A stretch of 64,000 nt of DNA, taken from NCBI RefSeq assembly GCF_009914755.1, contig NC_060930.1; one strand, written 5' to 3'. This document shows, in pieces, positions 60,098-64,000 of the stretch. The first letter of the stretch is position 1. Each line of letters begins with the position of its first letter. Source of the stretch: the human T2T-CHM13v2.0 reference genome, Homo sapiens. The position numbers and the translations under genes were made by a program. Under the pieces are notes generated by a model. The model did not search any database and was not told where the DNA came from. It saw nothing but the letters and a program-made list of their open reading frames with translations.

Positions 60098-61752
60098 CCT
60101 GTTTTCAAAGCCAAAGCTAAGGTAAATTATTGTGCCATTTTTCTTGATAGAATAATAAGAAATAATACATATTTGTTGATTACATTCACATTCATCACTC
60201 CATTTGTAAAACACAGTCCTTCCAATTAAGAGAGGATGGCAAAGCTTCTGAACCTTCATTTAAAATTTCCTTCCATGGGACATTCCAGCAACTTGGCTGA
60301 TTTATCTCACAACTGCTCCTTAGTTGTTCAGAAGAGTTACAGATTCCTAAAAATATGTCTCCAAAATGCCATTTTATGATGGGACCATCTTAATGTTGAT
60401 CTTTAAATAGATCACAATACCCTATTGCAATAAATCGCTAGGCTTTAAAAGCTGGTTGAAAATTTGTATTATTTGTATATCTAGACATTGCTTTTTTCCT
60501 GTAAAATTTTAGCTCCAAGCAACATCCAATTATTTGACTAGAGAAAAGTTTCAACAGCTATGCCAGTAGTAGGCTCTGCTGCCTTTGATTTGAAAAGGAT
60601 CTTCTCAGAACCATTGAAAAAGAAAAGTTTATTTCTACTTCATATATTAGTCTTCTAAAGGCCTTTGATCTCTTTAAAGGTGCTCATGGTCTAAATAACC
60701 ACCACATTCTTCTAGAAATAAGTAAAATCTGGATTTAAAATAATTGACACCTAAGGGAAATCTTATTAAATGTAGTCATCTTTATACACCATATAAAAGG
60801 TTTCTTTAGATCAAATATTAAAGGTGAATAAATCCTTTATTCTTCTTTAAAATTAGTTCTTTAAATATGAGTAAGGATATCTATTCACTATTAAATTGGA
60901 AAGCACCATAAAAACAAAGATAACTTAAGGGGAAGCAGTCTGTCAAACTTAGCCACATTTAAATTATACTCACCCCGAACTTAATTCAAAGTAGAAAAAA
61001 AAAAACAGATGGTGCATACAAAGCAGCAACATATGATGACAAATTTAACTAACAAGTATTTGCATCTTTTAACATAGCACCGTTTTTCACTTAAGCATAG
61101 ATAGAAGAGTGAGTTCTTTGTAAACCAGTAATTCTTATTTTGAGTTTAGGAATTCCTATGAGAGTTTATTTTATAGGGAATTTCTCACTACTTAAAAAAA
61201 TCATTTTCTCACAATTGCATTTACTTTCATCATACTTTCATATCTTATTATACCGTAAGTTTGAGAAGGAAACGGATCTTGAATATAAGGAATTTTACTC
61301 CTGGGATCTCATTTCAGTTACTAAAAGCCATCTGGTTAAAGAATTACTATGTTTCATGGTTTAGAAGTGCAATAGATTATGCTTTGGAGTGACACCTAAG
61401 GGAAACATACGTTCTTTGAGGAGTCAGAATTAAAATAGCAAACACATAATAATGAAGTTGAAAAAGTGGACCTATGAAAGAAATGTGGAGAAAATCATTT
61501 CTGTGGCTCTTGAAAGGAGGAGCAGTACACATTTAGATTTAGCATTGTGACTGCTGAGTATAGAGAAGATTTTTTTCCTTACTATGAACATATAATAACT
61601 TTGTATTTATTTTGTTGATCTTCAATAAAATATTTTTATTTTCTGATTTACACTGCATGTGTTCTATAATTGTGAATGGTCAATATAAAGACAGATAAGA
61701 TATTATTTTGTGGGCTTGGCATTCCTCCAAAACATGGCCATGAATTTCGTGT

Positions 61753-61764
61753 TATATATACATA

Positions 61765-61795
<31 letters not shown>
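61753..61795. repeat. (TA)n/(TG)n microsatellite
   Basis: Directly visible, about 13 TG units. Confidence 0.95.
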
Positions 61796-64000
61796 CTTTG
61801 CTTTGCATGACAGACCACACAGATTCCATGTTATTCTTTACTCAGTGAGCATGGCGTTGCTGTGCATCAAGCCAAGCCACGTAACCCATTTTTTCCCCAG
61901 AAATCTGATCCTTCAGAGTCTGCGTGCTAACGATTGCAGCTTCTTGAATGACACCAAATGAAGGTGTGATGGACTTGACTTATAATAAAGAGAATTATTT
62001 CAACTAACAGTGCCTAAAAATACAACTCAGCCTTTTAGGCTAAACTTCTTTGACCATGTTGGTTTTAGACAAGTTTTTAAATAAAAGAAAAATTTTTATT
62101 AGTATCTTTCTAAGAGTGAGGACACAGGTTTTAGTATCCATAGTGATTGACTGAAAGAAAAAAGGACCCTTGAATAAAGGTTAAAAAGTCAGTGGATTTT
62201 TTTTTTTTTGAGTGGGGTGAGATTGAGGTGAAATGAACTCAGTGGTACACTTCAAGAATATGGAATACACATCATTATGTGTAATTGCCTAGTTGTTTCT
62301 TATTTCAAATGAATTACCTGAAATAAAAGAAAGAATTTAGAAGATTTGAATACATTTCTGAAAGTCACATTGAAGAAGTGATAGACTAGATTTTTAAAAG
62401 CTTATTCTCAAAAATTTAATAGCATGAGGAAGAACCTGACTTTTTGACATCCGTATGTATCTTATTGTCTCAGGACTTCTTCAGTATTATCTGCAAAATG
62501 AAATGGTATGGTTTAATTGCAAATGGCTGCTTGCCTTTGTCTGAAAGCTTACATTTCTTTGGAAACTAAACATTTAAAATAAAGATTATTTGCTGTAACT
62601 TAAACCGTGTTTTGATCACTGGAATTTGCAGCAGTTGTTTCAGGGTATCATGGGATTCTTTTTGTTGTTTCCAAATTTTCTCCTTAAATTATACACATTT
62701 CCTGACCCTTTGCCAAACCCCTGGTAGTGAAACATTATTTAGGAGATCAAACACAGATCATACGAAAGAAACATCTTTTGTAGTTATTGTTTTTCAGAAG
62801 TTCAGGTTGCCCAAGAGGTCCACTAGGCAGTATTTTCCAGTTCTCATTTATGTACAACTGGGGGATCTTGGTGGCAGCAAAGGATAAAAGGCCTTTAATT
62901 TAACATTTGAGATGTGTGTGTCCTGAAGTTATTTGCACTGAAAATGTCTTGTAAGACAAAAGACATTCCATGGTGATTGTTTTAGGTTTTTTCTGCTCTG
63001 CAAAGCCATCTAGTGCTACAAAACTCATCATTGAAAGTGGACAAAAAAAGCCAAAGAAGGAGGGATGGGAAGCAGCTCTTGCTTCAATTGTTTCTTGTTT
63101 TTCTAGTCCCATCCCCATGTATTGCTTAATCTCCATCATTTTTCCAGCCTGATCCTCAAAGCAGATCCCATTTTTAGGGAGGAGATGGTTCTTTCCAGGA
63201 CTACATTCCTCTCCACTCTGATTTCCTTTACACCCTGCCTCCTAGTCAGCTGTTGGGTCTGCAATTCCCTTTCAAAATAGATCAAAAAGAGAAAGGCAAT
63301 TTGTATTTTAATGACAAGGCTTGGTTATGTGTTGGGCACAAAGGGTTTATAACACTGGGAGCTAATTACTCCGGTTGAAAGGTGCTTCATCTGTTCAGAT
63401 TACAGCTTCCAACAGGGAGATGTTTTCGGTAAAACTGGTGATGGCAAAACCATCTGAGAGGTTATGCAAGGAAATTTCATTGAAGAAACATTTTCCATGT
63501 TTTTCAATTACAAAATTCAAAATTAATTCAAATTTTATTACTTCCATTAAAACAATCCAACTGAAATATCTAAAATGTTGTATAAAATTTCCTGTAAGGG
63601 ATGCAACAAAGAATTGTCAAAAAAAAAAAAAAAATCCTGGATGTGATGCCAGGGGATGGGGGCAGGATAGGTGGCTCAATAAACCATAGCTCTGTAATTC
63701 AGTAGTTCTCTGCCTCTGGACATATCCTTTACGTTTTATTCTAGCTTGTACCATATGTGATGCTATAGCATCTAGGAAAAATCAGAATTACCCTGCTCCC
63801 CCATACAATTCCCATGGTCTTTTATGCTGGATTTATTCTATCAGAAAGATGAGATAATCAGATCTAAGTATTAAAAAATGATTTTCTTACTTTTACTTTA
63901 GAAGATGTTCAACTCAGTATTAACATTAAAGAATAATTGAGCTGATTAACTGTTTCTCATAGAATTATCATCATCATCATCATACTGCCAATGACAACCA

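Overview
This is AT-rich, CpG-poor primate (human-like) non-coding DNA, intergenic or deep intronic. I find no credible host protein-coding exon, structural RNA gene, CpG island or CRISPR array. Roughly half or more of the window is decayed transposable elements. These include an internally deleted HERV-L provirus (MLT2A LTRs, integrase and dUTPase remnants, GTGAC target-site duplication, an Alu in each LTR) and an older ERVL remnant. There are also solo MaLR/ERVL LTRs (MST, THE1, MLT1, LTR16), many L1 copies (L1PA, L1PB, L1MA, L1MC, L1ME), five near-full-length Alus, L2/MIR relics and DNA-transposon MITEs (MADE1 end, MER3, MER5, MER47, MER1B, MER30). All recognisable ORFs are broken L1 or ERVL remnants. 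I do not see a new biological system. The best leads are: a short L1 3' transduction; a tail-less 3'-truncated L1PB that still has an apparent TSD; a hypothetical DUX4/MLT2A-driven spliced lncRNA; a 57-bp AT-rich palindrome; several deletion junctions with microhomology or templated filler; and a 16-bp T-box-containing direct repeat in repeat-poor DNA. Subfamily names come from my recall of consensus sequences, not from a database search.
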